This document shows, piece by piece, positions 36,194-47,026 of a DNA stretch of 64,000 nucleotides. The position numbers and the translations under genes are program-made. Every line of letters starts with the position of its first letter. Position 1 is the stretch's first letter. The DNA lies in NCBI GenBank assembly GCA_034189385.1, contig JAXHVD010000012.1, forward strand, positions 32,001 to 96,000, given 5' to 3'. The notes under the pieces are model-generated. The model was not told the origin of the DNA. It did no database searches and was given only the letters and a program-made list of their open reading frames with translations. The stretch comes from Thermodesulfobacteriota bacterium (GTDB taxonomy: Bacteria; Desulfobacterota; Desulfobacteria; Desulfobacterales; C00003060).

Positions 36194-37420
36194 TCAAATG
36201 ATCTCCTTAAACCATTTCTTCATGCGTGCCATGACACGATTAAAGATGTTCTTGTCCCTAATTCTGAACTTCTTCTGTGGTTGTGACCTGGCGCCGTACA
36301 CCACAAGCCCAACGGCAGTTGCGTACATAGGATTATTCACCACATCGACCAACCCTCTGATGCCCATGGGCTTTCCAATCCGTGTGGGAAGGCCGAATAT
36401 GGCCTCTGCAATATCCGAGACACCTTCTAACAGGCAAGATCCCCCGGTCACCACAACCCCTGAGGTGACTATGTCCTCCATCCCCGCCCGATAGATCTCT
36501 CGGTTGATAAGATCGAAGATTTCCTCCACCCTCGGCTCTAAGATCTCAGCTAGAATCTGCCTCGACAGGGTCCTTGGTTTGCGGCCACCAACGCCGGCGA
36601 CTTCAATAGTCTCATCCTTGCTGACATTGTCTGCCAGACAAGTGCCGTACCTTATCTTGATCTTTTCTGCCTCTGCCATGGGGGTTCTCAGTCCTACCGA
36701 CACATCATTGGTTAGATTGTTTCCGCCCACAGCCAGCACTGACGTATGTTTGATGCTCTTGCCCTTGAAGATAGCCAGATCTGTGGTCCCTCCCCCGAAG
36801 TCAATCAATGCCGCACCTAGGTCTTTTTCTTCTTTGTTCAGCACTGCGTCACTAGATGCCAGACTCTGCAACACGATATCGCACACATCAAGACCGGCAC
36901 GATTGGCGCACTTTACTAGGTTGTGGGCTGAGGTGACAGCACCGGTCACGATATGGATCTTCGCCTCCAGCCGAACTCCTGACATGCCCAGGGGGTCCTG
37001 GATGCCACCCTGTTCGTCCACTATGAACTCCTGGGGGAGCACATGAATGACCTCGCGGTCCGGGGGAATGGCTACAGCACGTGCCGCATCAATGACGCGT
37101 TCAATGTCCTTCTGCGTGACCTCACTTCCCTTAACGGCAACGATGCCATGGCTATTAAACCCCTTGATGTGCCCGCCTGCAATACCAGCATAGACTGACG
37201 TGATCTCACAACCTGCCATCAACTCCGCCTCTTCTATGGCTCTTTTTATGGAGTCAACCGTTGATTCGATGTTCACCACAACACCTTTGCGAAGACCCAC
37301 CGAAGGATGGGTGCCAAGTCCTACAATATCGATCCCGTCTGGATTGACTTCACCTACCACTGCACAAATCTTCGTTGTGCCAATATCCAGACCAACGACA
37401 AGACCTTCGTCTCCCTGCAC
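36194..37420 (-). CDS. ftsA: Cell division protein FtsA
   Basis: VGLDIGTTKI, GMSGVRLE, IDFGGGTTD, YATAVGL, C-terminal amphipathic helix WFKEII. Confidence 0.98.
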   Translation of the reverse strand: MQGDEGLVVGLDIGTTKICAVVGEVNPDGIDIVGLGTHPSVGLRKGVVVNIESTVDSIKRAIEEAELMAGCEITSVYAGIAGGHIKGFNSHGIVAVKGSEVTQKDIERVIDAARAVAIPPDREVIHVLPQEFIVDEQGGIQDPLGMSGVRLEAKIHIVTGAVTSAHNLVKCANRAGLDVCDIVLQSLASSDAVLNKEEKDLGAALIDFGGGTTDLAIFKGKSIKHTSVLAVGGNNLTNDVSVGLRTPMAEAEKIKIRYGTCLADNVSKDETIEVAGVGGRKPRTLSRQILAEILEPRVEEIFDLINREIYRAGMEDIVTSGVVVTGGSCLLEGVSDIAEAIFGLPTRIGKPMGIRGLVDVVNNPMYATAVGLVVYGARSQPQKKFRIRDKNIFNRVMARMKKWFKEII

Positions 37421-37422
37421 TT

Positions 37423-38280
37423 TCACACCTCCTTTCGACAGCACATCTTTAAGGCAGACCCACCCTCTGATGGCCTGACCACCACGCGGTCCACATCCTT
37501 CAGATGTATGTAATCAATATTCAAAGCCTTACCATCCTGTTTGAAATGGGACATCAACTCCCCCAACCGGTTGAATTTTGAACTGTAATCCTCAAACCCC
37601 AGGTTTATGGCCACATTGCAGTCAAATGCAAAAAGGGTAAGTCCTGTATCCGTATCTGCCTGAATGCGATGGAGCATATGGACGGGCAAGACGCTTCCGT
37701 GAAGTCGGCTCAGGTGAAGGACTTTCATGACGGCCCCAAATATCTTGGACTCTGTTTGGTTTTCAGGATCAGTGTCTGCAAGTGTTAGTCCCGTCACCAA
37801 CGGCACGTTTATCTGGTCAGAAGTCTGGGCTGGCGCCACAATTTCCCCTGTGTCATCTAGATAGAAGGTTTTGCTTAGCTCAATTTTGGCAATAGGCACC
37901 CGTTCAGTGACTCGAATGTGAATCTTGTCAGGCAACTCTCGCCACACGTCGGCCGTCGTAATCCAAGGATTCGCCATAAGCCGATAGCGAAGCACCTTCA
38001 AGTTTATTTCCAAGATGTTATCGCCTGGTCTCACCTCGGCTTCGTTAAGAATCGCCTCTTTGGAGAGCCTTCGGTTTCCCTCCACAACGATCTCACGGGC
38101 ATTAAAGCATGAACTCTGCATCAGGGCATCATGGCCTAGAATAAAAAGAAGACTCGCCCCCCCCATGGCGGCCAACAAACACAATATCTTCATAGACATG
38201 ATAAAGCGTCTTATGAGCCGTTCTCGTCTGCGCGCCGGGCTGTTTTTATAGTAATTCTTACGAACCTGCTTCCTGGCCAA
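37423..38280 (-). CDS. ftsQ: Cell division protein FtsQ/DivIB
   Basis: Basic N-terminus, TM, POTRA domain (VEGNRRLS...PWI...RELPD...ERVP); upstream of ftsA. Confidence 0.92.
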   Translation of the reverse strand: MARKQVRKNYYKNSPARRRERLIRRFIMSMKILCLLAAMGGASLLFILGHDALMQSSCFNAREIVVEGNRRLSKEAILNEAEVRPGDNILEINLKVLRYRLMANPWITTADVWRELPDKIHIRVTERVPIAKIELSKTFYLDDTGEIVAPAQTSDQINVPLVTGLTLADTDPENQTESKIFGAVMKVLHLSRLHGSVLPVHMLHRIQADTDTGLTLFAFDCNVAINLGFEDYSSKFNRLGELMSHFKQDGKALNIDYIHLKDVDRVVVRPSEGGSALKMCCRKEV

Positions 38281-39196
38281 CGATCACAACCTCCAGGTCC
38301 AATTTGACGCCGAACCGCTTAAACACGGCCTTCTTCACATGCTCCACGAGTGCAATAGTATCAGCAGCCTTGGCATGCCCCTTGTTAACAATAAAATTTC
38401 CATGTCTTGTGGAGACCTCCGCCTCCCCTTTCTGCAACCCCTTAAGGCCCGCCTTGTCAATCAGTTCGCCCGCTGACAGCCCCTCGGGAGGATTACGAAA
38501 TACACATCCAGCGCTGGGCAGCGACAAAGGTTGAGTGGCTCTTCGTTTCTTTTGCATCTGGATGGCATCCCTCTGAAGGCCCTCTCGTTCCACACGCTTG
38601 AGTTGAAACGCACCTCGGAGGATGACACTGCCCTGTTCCAAATCCAGTGTCCGGTAGGAAAAGCGAAGCTCCTCCCTCTCCATGGTTGCTATGTCACCGG
38701 CCTTGCTGAGAACGGTAACGGAACTGACGGTATCTGCCATACATGCTCCCCAGGCGCCTGCATTCATCCGTAAGGCGCCTCCGACGGTTCCAGGAATCCC
38801 CAGCCCAAAGTTGAGGCCATCTAGTCCACGATCAAGGGCGTATTTGGCCAGCTGTCGCAGCAAGACACCTGCCCCGGCCTCAATCGTCATATACCCACTA
38901 GGACTTCCCTCAAGGTTCCGCTCAATGCCCCCAAAGCCATTGACAAGGCGCAGGACAAGACCTCGAATGCCTCCCTCACGGACCAACAGGTTGCTGCCGG
39001 CACCCAGAATCATTACGGGATGGCCCCGATCATTGGCCCACCTTGCCAGGTCCTTGATCTGCTGATCGGTTCTCACATACAAAAGGGCGTCGGCTGGCCC
39101 TCCGATGCCAAAGGTCGTATGACGTGACATGGGCTCGTCAAATAGAACTTCCTTGCCGAAGTGGTCTGAGAGCCACTTTTTGTCTTTTTTGTTCAT
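38258..39196 (-). CDS. murB: UDP-N-acetylmuramate dehydrogenase
   Basis: HTTFGIGGPAD, GAGSNLLV, GIPGTVGGALRMNAGA, FSYR, SAGCVFRNP, HGNFIVN. Confidence 0.98.
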   Translation of the reverse strand: MNKKDKKWLSDHFGKEVLFDEPMSRHTTFGIGGPADALLYVRTDQQIKDLARWANDRGHPVMILGAGSNLLVREGGIRGLVLRLVNGFGGIERNLEGSPSGYMTIEAGAGVLLRQLAKYALDRGLDGLNFGLGIPGTVGGALRMNAGAWGACMADTVSSVTVLSKAGDIATMEREELRFSYRTLDLEQGSVILRGAFQLKRVEREGLQRDAIQMQKKRRATQPLSLPSAGCVFRNPPEGLSAGELIDKAGLKGLQKGEAEVSTRHGNFIVNKGHAKAADTIALVEHVKKAVFKRFGVKLDLEVVIVGQEAGS

Positions 39197-39290
39197 GGTT
39201 AAGTCATCAACTGGCTCATTCGTAAGCGGATCAATTGGCTAAGTGCTGGGTTACCACTTAAGCCGTCAGTCAACTCGTCATGCAACGAAA

Positions 39291-40658
39291 TCATTGCTCA
39301 TCAAGGAACCTTGCGCCCACCTGCCATATATCTCCTGCTCCCAGCGTCAACAGGATGTCCCCCTGCCTCAACACGCCTTTCAAGTGAGACAAGGCAGCGT
39401 CCAATCCATGCTGAAATGACACCTCTTTATGGCCATGGAGGCGAATGCCCTCATATAGGGTCTGGCCCGTAACTCCTTCAATGGGGGATTCGCCTGCAGC
39501 ATAAATGGGGAGCAAAACCAAACTGTCGGCCTGGTAAAAGGCCCGGGTAAAAGCATCAAAAAGGGCTGCTGTGCGCGAGTACCGGTGCGGTTGAAATGCC
39601 ACAACCAGTCGACGATCCGGCCAACTTTGGCGAGCCGCCTGAAGAGTCAGCTTGATCTCTGTGGGGTGATGTCCATAGTCGTCTACGACAGTAATACCCC
39701 GAGCAGAGCCTTTCACCTCCAGCCTCCTCTGAACCCCCTCCATGTGAGCGAGTGCCTTCTGGATTGTCTCGAAGGCGATCCCAAGTTCCAGGCCAACCGC
39801 TATGCTGGCCATGGAGTTATGCACATTGTGCAACCCGGGCAGATTCAGATCTACCACGCCCAAGGACTTTCCATGATGGAAGACACGGTATCGACTTCTC
39901 AGCCCTTCAAAGGTGACGTCTTTTGCCTGATAATCCGCCTGAGATGTCAGGCCATAGGTGATAAACCGCTTCTCGATTTTTGGGATCAGATCCTGAACCC
40001 CTTCATTGTCGAGACACAGAACAGCCATTCCATAAAAGGGCACCTTATTGACAAAATCGAGAAACACTTCTTTGATCCTGTTCAGGTCAGGGTAGAAGTC
40101 CAGGTGTTCGGCATCAATGTTAGTGACCACCGCAATAGTGGGAGAGAGTCTCAAGAAGGACCCATCGCTTTCGTCTGCTTCAGCCACGATGAACTCACCC
40201 TGACCCAAACGGGCATTGCTTCCAAGGCTCTTTAGTTTGCCGCCGATGACCATCGTGGGATCTAGGCCTCCCTGCTCCAGTACAGAGGCAATAATCCATG
40301 TCGTTGTGGTCTTGCCGTGAGCACCTGCTACGGCAATGCCGTACTTGAGGCGCATTAGTTCTGCCAGCATTTCACCCCTGGGGATGACTGGTACCATTGC
40401 CTTTCTAGCCGCCACGACTTCAGGGTTGTCTGATCCCACAGCAGACGAGACAACTACCACATCAGCCCCTTCAATGAACTCTGCACTGTGCCCGGTGAAG
40501 ACCCTGCCGCCGAGTTTCGCCAAACGGATGGTGATATCCGTTGACTTGATATCTGAGCCGCTCACCTTGTAACCCAGATTCAAGAGGAGTTCAGCCATGC
40601 CGCTCATGCCAATGCCGCCGATTCCGACAAAATGGATATGGTATAATTTCTGATACAT
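39291..40658 (-). CDS. murC: UDP-N-acetylmuramate--L-alanine ligase
   Basis: [46 protein letters not shown]. Confidence 0.99.
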   Translation of the reverse strand: MYQKLYHIHFVGIGGIGMSGMAELLLNLGYKVSGSDIKSTDITIRLAKLGGRVFTGHSAEFIEGADVVVVSSAVGSDNPEVVAARKAMVPVIPRGEMLAELMRLKYGIAVAGAHGKTTTTWIIASVLEQGGLDPTMVIGGKLKSLGSNARLGQGEFIVAEADESDGSFLRLSPTIAVVTNIDAEHLDFYPDLNRIKEVFLDFVNKVPFYGMAVLCLDNEGVQDLIPKIEKRFITYGLTSQADYQAKDVTFEGLRSRYRVFHHGKSLGVVDLNLPGLHNVHNSMASIAVGLELGIAFETIQKALAHMEGVQRRLEVKGSARGITVVDDYGHHPTEIKLTLQAARQSWPDRRLVVAFQPHRYSRTAALFDAFTRAFYQADSLVLLPIYAAGESPIEGVTGQTLYEGIRLHGHKEVSFQHGLDAALSHLKGVLRQGDILLTLGAGDIWQVGARFLDEQ

Positions 40659-40667
40659 AGTCTGCGT

Positions 40668-41768
40668 TTAGACGGTTGCTCCCCCATGACTAACCACTTT
40701 GACCACCAGCCTCGTGCACTCATCTGCGATCACCTTCGCAGCGTTGGCACGTCCCAGGACCGAGGCTCGGAGGGACATTTTCTGCAAGGCGTCGCGGTTA
40801 GATTGGTAATGGTGTATTCTCCTAGCCAGAGACTCACCGTCTAAATCCTTTTCGAGCATGACCTCGCCGCCCCCCCGATCTGCCACATAGCGCGCATTTA
40901 GTTCCTGGTGGTTGTTAGCTGCAAACGGGAATGGAATGAAGAGGGCAGGCTTGCCCAAAGCCGCCAGTTCGGCCACCGTTGAAGCCCCGGCTCGGCAAAT
41001 AACCAGATCAGATGCGTGGTAAGCACTTGCCATATCGTCTATAAAGGGCTCAACCGCTGCCTTTATCCCATGCTCTTTGTAAACCCTGGCAACCCATGGG
41101 GCGTCTTTGGTCCCGGTCTGATGGATGAAGCTCATTCGAGAAGGCAAATCCAGATGTTTCAAGGCTTCCGCTAGGGCACAGTTGATGGTGTGAGCACCTT
41201 GGCTGCCACCCACCACAAGAACCGTAAAACTGTCTTTCCGGTCTTCACTGGACGCTGGCCTAAGCACTTGCTGCCGCACTGGATTCCCTGTCAATACTGT
41301 CTTCGAACTGGTGAACATGCCTAGGTCGTCCGGGAAAGAGATGAATATGCGGTGGGCAAATCGCCCCAACACCCGATTGGTGAATCCCGGCAGAAAATTC
41401 TGCTCATGAATAACCATCTTCTTACCCATAAGCCTGGCAGCCAGGGCCACGGGTCCGGAGGCGTATCCCCCGACACCAATGGTAATGTCTGGATTGAACT
41501 TCCAGATCATCTTCACCGCTTGCCCGAAGCCTATTGGCAGTTTAAGCAACCCGTGAGTTTGTCGCCAGATTCCTTGTCCCTTGAGCCCCCCTGCTGAAAT
41601 ACTCACGTGATCGAATCCTTTCCCCAAGAGTATCGATACCTCCAAAGGATTGTCCGTCCCGGCAAATAGAATACTCCCTTCCGGATCGGTCACCATAAAT
41701 GCCTCAGCAAGCGCCACGGCCGGGAAGAAATGCCCGCCAGTGCCGCCCCCCGCAATTAGGACTCTCAT
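40668..41768 (-). CDS. murG: Lipid II GlcNAc transferase
   Basis: GGGTGGH, GGYAS, HEQN, TGNPVR, GGSQGA, RAGASTVAE, HQELNA. Confidence 0.99.
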   Translation of the reverse strand: MRVLIAGGGTGGHFFPAVALAEAFMVTDPEGSILFAGTDNPLEVSILLGKGFDHVSISAGGLKGQGIWRQTHGLLKLPIGFGQAVKMIWKFNPDITIGVGGYASGPVALAARLMGKKMVIHEQNFLPGFTNRVLGRFAHRIFISFPDDLGMFTSSKTVLTGNPVRQQVLRPASSEDRKDSFTVLVVGGSQGAHTINCALAEALKHLDLPSRMSFIHQTGTKDAPWVARVYKEHGIKAAVEPFIDDMASAYHASDLVICRAGASTVAELAALGKPALFIPFPFAANNHQELNARYVADRGGGEVMLEKDLDGESLARRIHHYQSNRDALQKMSLRASVLGRANAAKVIADECTRLVVKVVSHGGATV

Positions 41769-41809
41769 TTTAGTAATGCTTCGCCAAGGGCAGCAAAGAA
41801 ACCGCCTCT

Positions 41810-42949
41810 CTAACCCATGGACTCCTTGCCCCCTTCAGCGTCATGGCGAGCCGAAATGTTCATCAATATCCCGATCATCGCCGCACATATGACGAGGGAT
41901 GTGCCGCCATAGCTCACAAAGGGAAGTGTCAAGCCTGTAGTCGGCAAAAGTCCCAAGGCCACCCATGCATTGACGCATGCCTGAAGACCGAGGGCTGCAG
42001 TCAAGCCTGTAGCCAAAAAAGTGGCGAAGAGATCTCCTGCCTTCATGGCAATGGAAAACCCTCGCCACAAGATAATGAAATATAGGCCCGTTATAAAACA
42101 TACGCCAACTAATCCCAGTTCTTCTCCCGCCACCGAAAAGATGAAGTCCGTGTGGGGCTCTGGAAGATAGAAGAGTTTCTGGTGGCCGTTACCTATGCCT
42201 GCCCCGAAAATCCCCCCTGACCCAAAGGCCATGAGGGAATGGACGAGTTGATAGGCGGCATCACTTTGATGCTGCCACGGGTCCAGAAAGCTGGAGACCC
42301 TTTCCCGGGCATACTCTACGTGTTTGAGCAAATGGTACGCAAGGGGAACCATTCCCATGACAGCCGCAAAGAGATAGGAAAGGCGAACACCACCGACAAA
42401 AAGCATGATCCAGACAACAAGGGTGATCATGGCTGCCATACCCAAATCCGGCTCCATGACGATGAGTGTGGTAAAAAAACCAAGCACAATGGCATGGGGT
42501 GCGAACCCAATGCTGAATGCCTTTATGCGCGCCTGCTTCTTGCTCATGGAGTAGGCCAAGTAAACAATGAGGCCGAGCCGGGCGAACTCTGATGGCTGAA
42601 ATGACATACCGAAGATCTTCAGCCAACGTTTGGCGCCTCCAACAGAATGCCCGACATGAGGCAAATGGAGAGCCAAGAGAGACAGGAAGGCAATAACGAT
42701 GATCGGATATGCCAAGGTCCTATAGAGGGAATAGGGTATATGTCTGCAACATATGAGTACCAGGATCGCGACAAGGGCGTTGACAACCTGCCGGTTGAAA
42801 AAGTAGGTATCACTGCCAAAGCGCTTCATGGCCACCATGGAGCTAGCACTGTAGACCAGGACCAGCCCAATACCCAGCAGGAACAGCAAGCTCAACAGCA
42901 GGTAAGGGTCATAGCTACTGCATTTCTTTGCGTGCCCGTCCGTTGTCAT
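41810..42949 (-). CDS. ftsW: SEDS peptidoglycan polymerase FtsW
   Basis: YSASS, GAKRW, FQPSE, EPDLG, LPEPHTDFIF, LPFVSYGG. Confidence 0.98.
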   Translation of the reverse strand: MTTDGHAKKCSSYDPYLLLSLLFLLGIGLVLVYSASSMVAMKRFGSDTYFFNRQVVNALVAILVLICCRHIPYSLYRTLAYPIIVIAFLSLLALHLPHVGHSVGGAKRWLKIFGMSFQPSEFARLGLIVYLAYSMSKKQARIKAFSIGFAPHAIVLGFFTTLIVMEPDLGMAAMITLVVWIMLFVGGVRLSYLFAAVMGMVPLAYHLLKHVEYARERVSSFLDPWQHQSDAAYQLVHSLMAFGSGGIFGAGIGNGHQKLFYLPEPHTDFIFSVAGEELGLVGVCFITGLYFIILWRGFSIAMKAGDLFATFLATGLTAALGLQACVNAWVALGLLPTTGLTLPFVSYGGTSLVICAAMIGILMNISARHDAEGGKESMG

Positions 42950-42975
42950 TTTCTAATACTTACATCTCCCCTCGT

Positions 42976-44379
42976 TCAGAGGCTCTGAACGGCCCGCTGG
43001 AATGCCTCGCCCCGTTCAGCATAATTGGCAAACATATCAAAGCTGGAGCCTCCCGGTGACAGGAGGACGACATCTCCTGCAGATCCCGTCTTCTCAGCCA
43101 AATGCACGGCCTCATCAAGACTTGTTGCCCCTTGGGAATCCGTAAGACCCGCAAGCACCGCCAAGATAGACTTCTTTGACTCGCCAAAGGCAATAAGCTT
43201 CTTCACGCGGGTTTTCACCCTCTCCCCTAACCCGGCGTAGCTTCCGCCCTTGTCCCGCCCTCCCATGATCAGAATCACTGGGGCGTCAAAGCTCTCAAGG
43301 GCCCGAACGACGGCATCCACATTTGTGGCCTTTGAATCGTCGTAGTAAGCCACACCGTTGATGGTCTTCACGTATTGAAGGCGATGCTCAAGCCCCTTGA
43401 ACCTGTCCAGTGCCTTCTGGATCCCCGATACAGAGGCGCCACTGGACAAGGCTGCCAAGCTTGCTGCCGCAGCGTTTTCAACGTTGTGCACGCCCGCCAG
43501 CCTGAATTTCGCAAGGCTCAACACGACGGCAGGATGGCCCGGAAGAGAACACATGATCTCATCGCCCCTTATTTGGGCTCCGTGGGGGCTTTCACCGGCA
43601 CCGTGCCCTCGGCCTCCGCGAGGCGGCCCTGTACTGGACGTGCGCGCAGGGATGTTGAAATAGAGCTTCCTCGCCGGCACTTTCTTTTCCAGCTCGCCTG
43701 TCCATGGGTCAGCCTGGTTCAGGATGGCAACATCGGTGGTTTCTTGGTTTTCAAAGATCCTGCCTTTTGATCGCACGTAGCCCTGGAAATCACTGTAACG
43801 GTCCAGGTGATCTTCCGTGATGTTCAAAAGAACAGCCACCTTGGGGCGGAAGCTTTCCATGGTATCGAGTTGAAAACTGCTGACCTCCGCCACGATGGTG
43901 TTCGTGCGCAACCCTTTATCCACATAGTCGATAAGGGGTTGTCCGATATTGCCCCCAACAAAAACATCCAGCCCAGACGCGCGTAGCATCTCCCCTACAA
44001 GACTCGTGGTGGTGGTTTTGCCATTCGTGCCGGTTATGGCAACAATCGGCTCATGTATGTGTCTGGCGGCCAGTTCCAACTCGCCCACAACAGGCACCCC
44101 TTTGGCCCGTGCCGTCTTCAAAGGTTCTATGGTATGCGGCACCCCCGGGCTCACCACGATAAGATCACAAGCAGAAAAAGTCTCTGCCTTGTGTGGCCCG
44201 AGATCAAGGCCGGCACCCATGGCAAGGGCCTTTTCTGCGTAATGACCAAGATCTTCTTGGCTCATGATGTCAGCGGCCACAACGCGTGCCCCCTGCTTTC
44301 TTAGGAATCGCACAACGGAAAGCCCCGTGTTGGCCAGACCAAGGACCACAACCTTCTTGTTTTCGAAGTTCAACGTCAT
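42976..44379 (-). CDS. murD: UDP-MurNAc-L-Ala--D-glutamate ligase
   Basis: VSPGVP, ITGTNGKTTTT, GGNIG, EVSSFQL, DDSKATN, GGRDKG, SFDMF. Confidence 0.99.
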   Translation of the reverse strand: MTLNFENKKVVVLGLANTGLSVVRFLRKQGARVVAADIMSQEDLGHYAEKALAMGAGLDLGPHKAETFSACDLIVVSPGVPHTIEPLKTARAKGVPVVGELELAARHIHEPIVAITGTNGKTTTTSLVGEMLRASGLDVFVGGNIGQPLIDYVDKGLRTNTIVAEVSSFQLDTMESFRPKVAVLLNITEDHLDRYSDFQGYVRSKGRIFENQETTDVAILNQADPWTGELEKKVPARKLYFNIPARTSSTGPPRGGRGHGAGESPHGAQIRGDEIMCSLPGHPAVVLSLAKFRLAGVHNVENAAAASLAALSSGASVSGIQKALDRFKGLEHRLQYVKTINGVAYYDDSKATNVDAVVRALESFDAPVILIMGGRDKGGSYAGLGERVKTRVKKLIAFGESKKSILAVLAGLTDSQGATSLDEAVHLAEKTGSAGDVVLLSPGGSSFDMFANYAERGEAFQRAVQSL

Positions 44380-44440
44380 CCTTTGTCGCTGATGAAGCGC
44401 TCTTCAGTTTTCTAATCAAGACACAGTGTTCCAGCGTCTG

Positions 44441-45520
44441 CTACCGCAGCTTCAGCGTGCTGATGGACAACAGGCCCAAGATGATGGCAATGATCCAGAA
44501 TCTGACAATCACCTTCGGCTCTGGCCATCCCTTTAACTCGAAGTGATGATGAATGGGAGCCATCCTGAAGATGCGGCGGCCTGCTGTCACCTTAAAGAAT
44601 CCTACTTGAAAGATAACGGAAAGCGCCTCTATCACAAATATGCCTCCCACCAGGGCCAAGAGTATCTCGTGCTTGGTCATAACGGCCACAGCCCCCAGGG
44701 CGCCGCCCAGGGGAAGAGAGCCCACATCTCCCATGAACACCTGTGCAGGATAAGAGTTGAACCAGAGAAACCCCATACCTGCCCCCACCAAGGCGCCACA
44801 AAAAACAGCTAACTCACCACTACCTGCCACGTAGCGGATTTGCAGGTAGTCGGCAATCTTGATGTGTCCAGCTACATAAGATAAGACCACGTACGTGGCC
44901 GCCGCCACGGTGACAGGACCTATGGCAAGGCCGTCAAGGCCATCGGTCAGATTCACCGCGTTGGAGGTGCCGACAATCACGAAGCACGCAAAAAGGATAT
45001 AGCCCCATCCCAAATCTGGATTAATCTGCTTGAGAAATGGAAATCCCACATGGGTGTCAAAGTCTTCGCGTGCATAAAGCAAGCCTCCGACAACCAATCC
45101 TATAGCCACCTGCATCAAGAATTTACTCCTTGCCCGTAGTCCAGTACTTTGCTTTCTTCGCTGCTTAAGGTAGTCATCTATGAATCCGATAACGCCATAG
45201 CCGATTGTAACGAACAGCACGGTCCATAAGAAGTAACTCCCTAAGTTGCCCCAGAGAACCGTAGCAGAAAAAACGGCGAAGAGAATCAACATCCCTCCCA
45301 TGGTGGGTGTGCCCGTTTTTGTAGTGTGGGTAGGAGGGCCATCAGCCTTTACATACTGGCATATCTGATACTCGGTGAGTTTTTTTATAACCCATGGTCC
45401 AAGGGCCAAGCATATCAACAAGGCCGTAAGGCTGGCATAGATAGTCCGGAACGTAATGTAGCGAAATACATTAAAGGCCGATATGGTCGTATGAAGCGGA
45501 TATAGTAGATGGTATAGCAT
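44441..45520 (-). CDS. mraY: Phospho-N-acetylmuramoyl-pentapeptide transferase
   Basis: [42 protein letters not shown]. Confidence 0.99.
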   Translation of the reverse strand: MLYHLLYPLHTTISAFNVFRYITFRTIYASLTALLICLALGPWVIKKLTEYQICQYVKADGPPTHTTKTGTPTMGGMLILFAVFSATVLWGNLGSYFLWTVLFVTIGYGVIGFIDDYLKQRRKQSTGLRARSKFLMQVAIGLVVGGLLYAREDFDTHVGFPFLKQINPDLGWGYILFACFVIVGTSNAVNLTDGLDGLAIGPVTVAAATYVVLSYVAGHIKIADYLQIRYVAGSGELAVFCGALVGAGMGFLWFNSYPAQVFMGDVGSLPLGGALGAVAVMTKHEILLALVGGIFVIEALSVIFQVGFFKVTAGRRIFRMAPIHHHFELKGWPEPKVIVRFWIIAIILGLLSISTLKLR

Positions 45521-45604
45521 CCCTCACCTGTTATCCTGAATTCATGGTTGACAGTCTTTCAAAAACGTACAAACGACGCCCAGGTGGCAGCCATCTGCCG
45601 ACAA

Positions 45605-47026
45605 CTATGACTCCCGCTTCGCAATCTCCGAACGCAGGTCCTCAACTACCTTCTCCATGGCCATGAGGCGCGACCCTTTCACTAAGACCCAATCGCCAGG
45701 TCCCAAGTTTCCCATGAGGGTCTCCACGATCTCCTCACGGCTGCCGACAAAGGTAGCTTCAGCCTCCATCCCCGCCCCTATGGCCCCTTCTGCCAACACC
45801 CCAGCGAACTGGCCCGTGGCATAAAGACGAGCGATTCCGGCTCGGGCGACCAGGACGCCAAGCTCTCTGTGGGCCCTTTCGGCATGGTCGCCCAGTTCCA
45901 TCATGTCCCCCAAGACAGCGATGCTCCTGCCATTTCCTCTCAGCGAGCAAAGGGTGTCAATGGATAGTGCCATGGAGGCAGGGTTCGCGTTGTAGGTGTC
46001 ATTGATGACAGAGAGGCCTCCCGGAAGCATGAGAACCTCCATACGTCCAGGCATTGGGGCTGTCCCTTCCAACCCCTTTTTGACCTCCTCCATTGACAGA
46101 CCAAGGCGACACCCAACGGCCGCTGCAGCCAAGGCGTTATAGATGGCACCCCTTCCTGGGATCTCGAGAGATACGCGAACAGACTCATCGTACCAACCAA
46201 GGTCAAAGGAACAGTTCGATCGACTTTGAGATATAGGTACGGCCCATACCTCAGCGGAGCTGTGTATCCCGAAGCTGACGACACGTCCTTTAAATTCCTC
46301 CGCCAGCCGACAAACCCTCTGGTCATCAATGTTTAACACTGCCGTGCCATCTTCACCCAAGGCGTGGAGGAGTTCGCCTTTTGCCTCCATGACGCCATCA
46401 ATGTCCTTGACACCCTGAAGATGGCCAGCACCAATGTTCGTGACCACACCTATCTGCGGCTCGCATATTTCTGCCAGGCGGGCGATCTCTCCTGGACGAT
46501 TCATGGCGAGCTCCAAGACGGCCCAGTCATGATCCTCATGCAGGCCAAACAAGGTAAGGGGTAACCCAATTAGGTTGTTGAAATTTCCAGGTGTCTTTAG
46601 CACGGAAAAAGCCTCACCCAAAACGGACGCTGTCATTTCCTTGGTGGTCGTCTTGCCATTTGTGCCCGTTATGGCCACGACCGAGACTTCGCTTTGCCTG
46701 CGGCGAAAGGCAGCCAGATCGCCCAGGGCCTTAACGGTATCGGATACGGCAATCCAACACTTGTCTTTGTCCAGACCTGAAGAGGCCTCGGCCGTGTATG
46801 CTTCACTGACCATGGCGCCGATGGCCCCCTTCTCATGAGCCATTTTCACGAACTCGTGGCCGTCGCACCTCTCTCCGGAAATGGCTATAAAGAGCTCCCC
46901 TTGGTGAATGGAACGGGTGTCCGTGGAAATCCCAGCTACGGGCGTCTGGTGGTCTCCAGAGACCAATTGCCCTCCTGTTGCTGCGAGGACGTCTGAAATA
47001 GTCCAGAGGTGCTCTTCATCCATCAC
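45605..47026 (-). CDS. murF: UDP-MurNAc-tripeptide--D-Ala-D-Ala ligase
   Basis: ISTDTR, ITGTNGKTTTKEM, NFNNLIGLPLT, NDTYNANP, LVKGSR. Confidence 0.98.
   Translation of the reverse strand: MMDEEHLWTISDVLAATGGQLVSGDHQTPVAGISTDTRSIHQGELFIAISGERCDGHEFVKMAHEKGAIGAMVSEAYTAEASSGLDKDKCWIAVSDTVKALGDLAAFRRRQSEVSVVAITGTNGKTTTKEMTASVLGEAFSVLKTPGNFNNLIGLPLTLFGLHEDHDWAVLELAMNRPGEIARLAEICEPQIGVVTNIGAGHLQGVKDIDGVMEAKGELLHALGEDGTAVLNIDDQRVCRLAEEFKGRVVSFGIHSSAEVWAVPISQSRSNCSFDLGWYDESVRVSLEIPGRGAIYNALAAAAVGCRLGLSMEEVKKGLEGTAPMPGRMEVLMLPGGLSVINDTYNANPASMALSIDTLCSLRGNGRSIAVLGDMMELGDHAERAHRELGVLVARAGIARLYATGQFAGVLAEGAIGAGMEAEATFVGSREEIVETLMGNLGPGDWVLVKGSRLMAMEKVVEDLRSEIAKRES

Noticed and set aside
37423..39196. 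No ddl between murB and ftsQ
   Set aside because: ddl is often located outside the dcw cluster; the murB/ftsQ overlap shows no scar.
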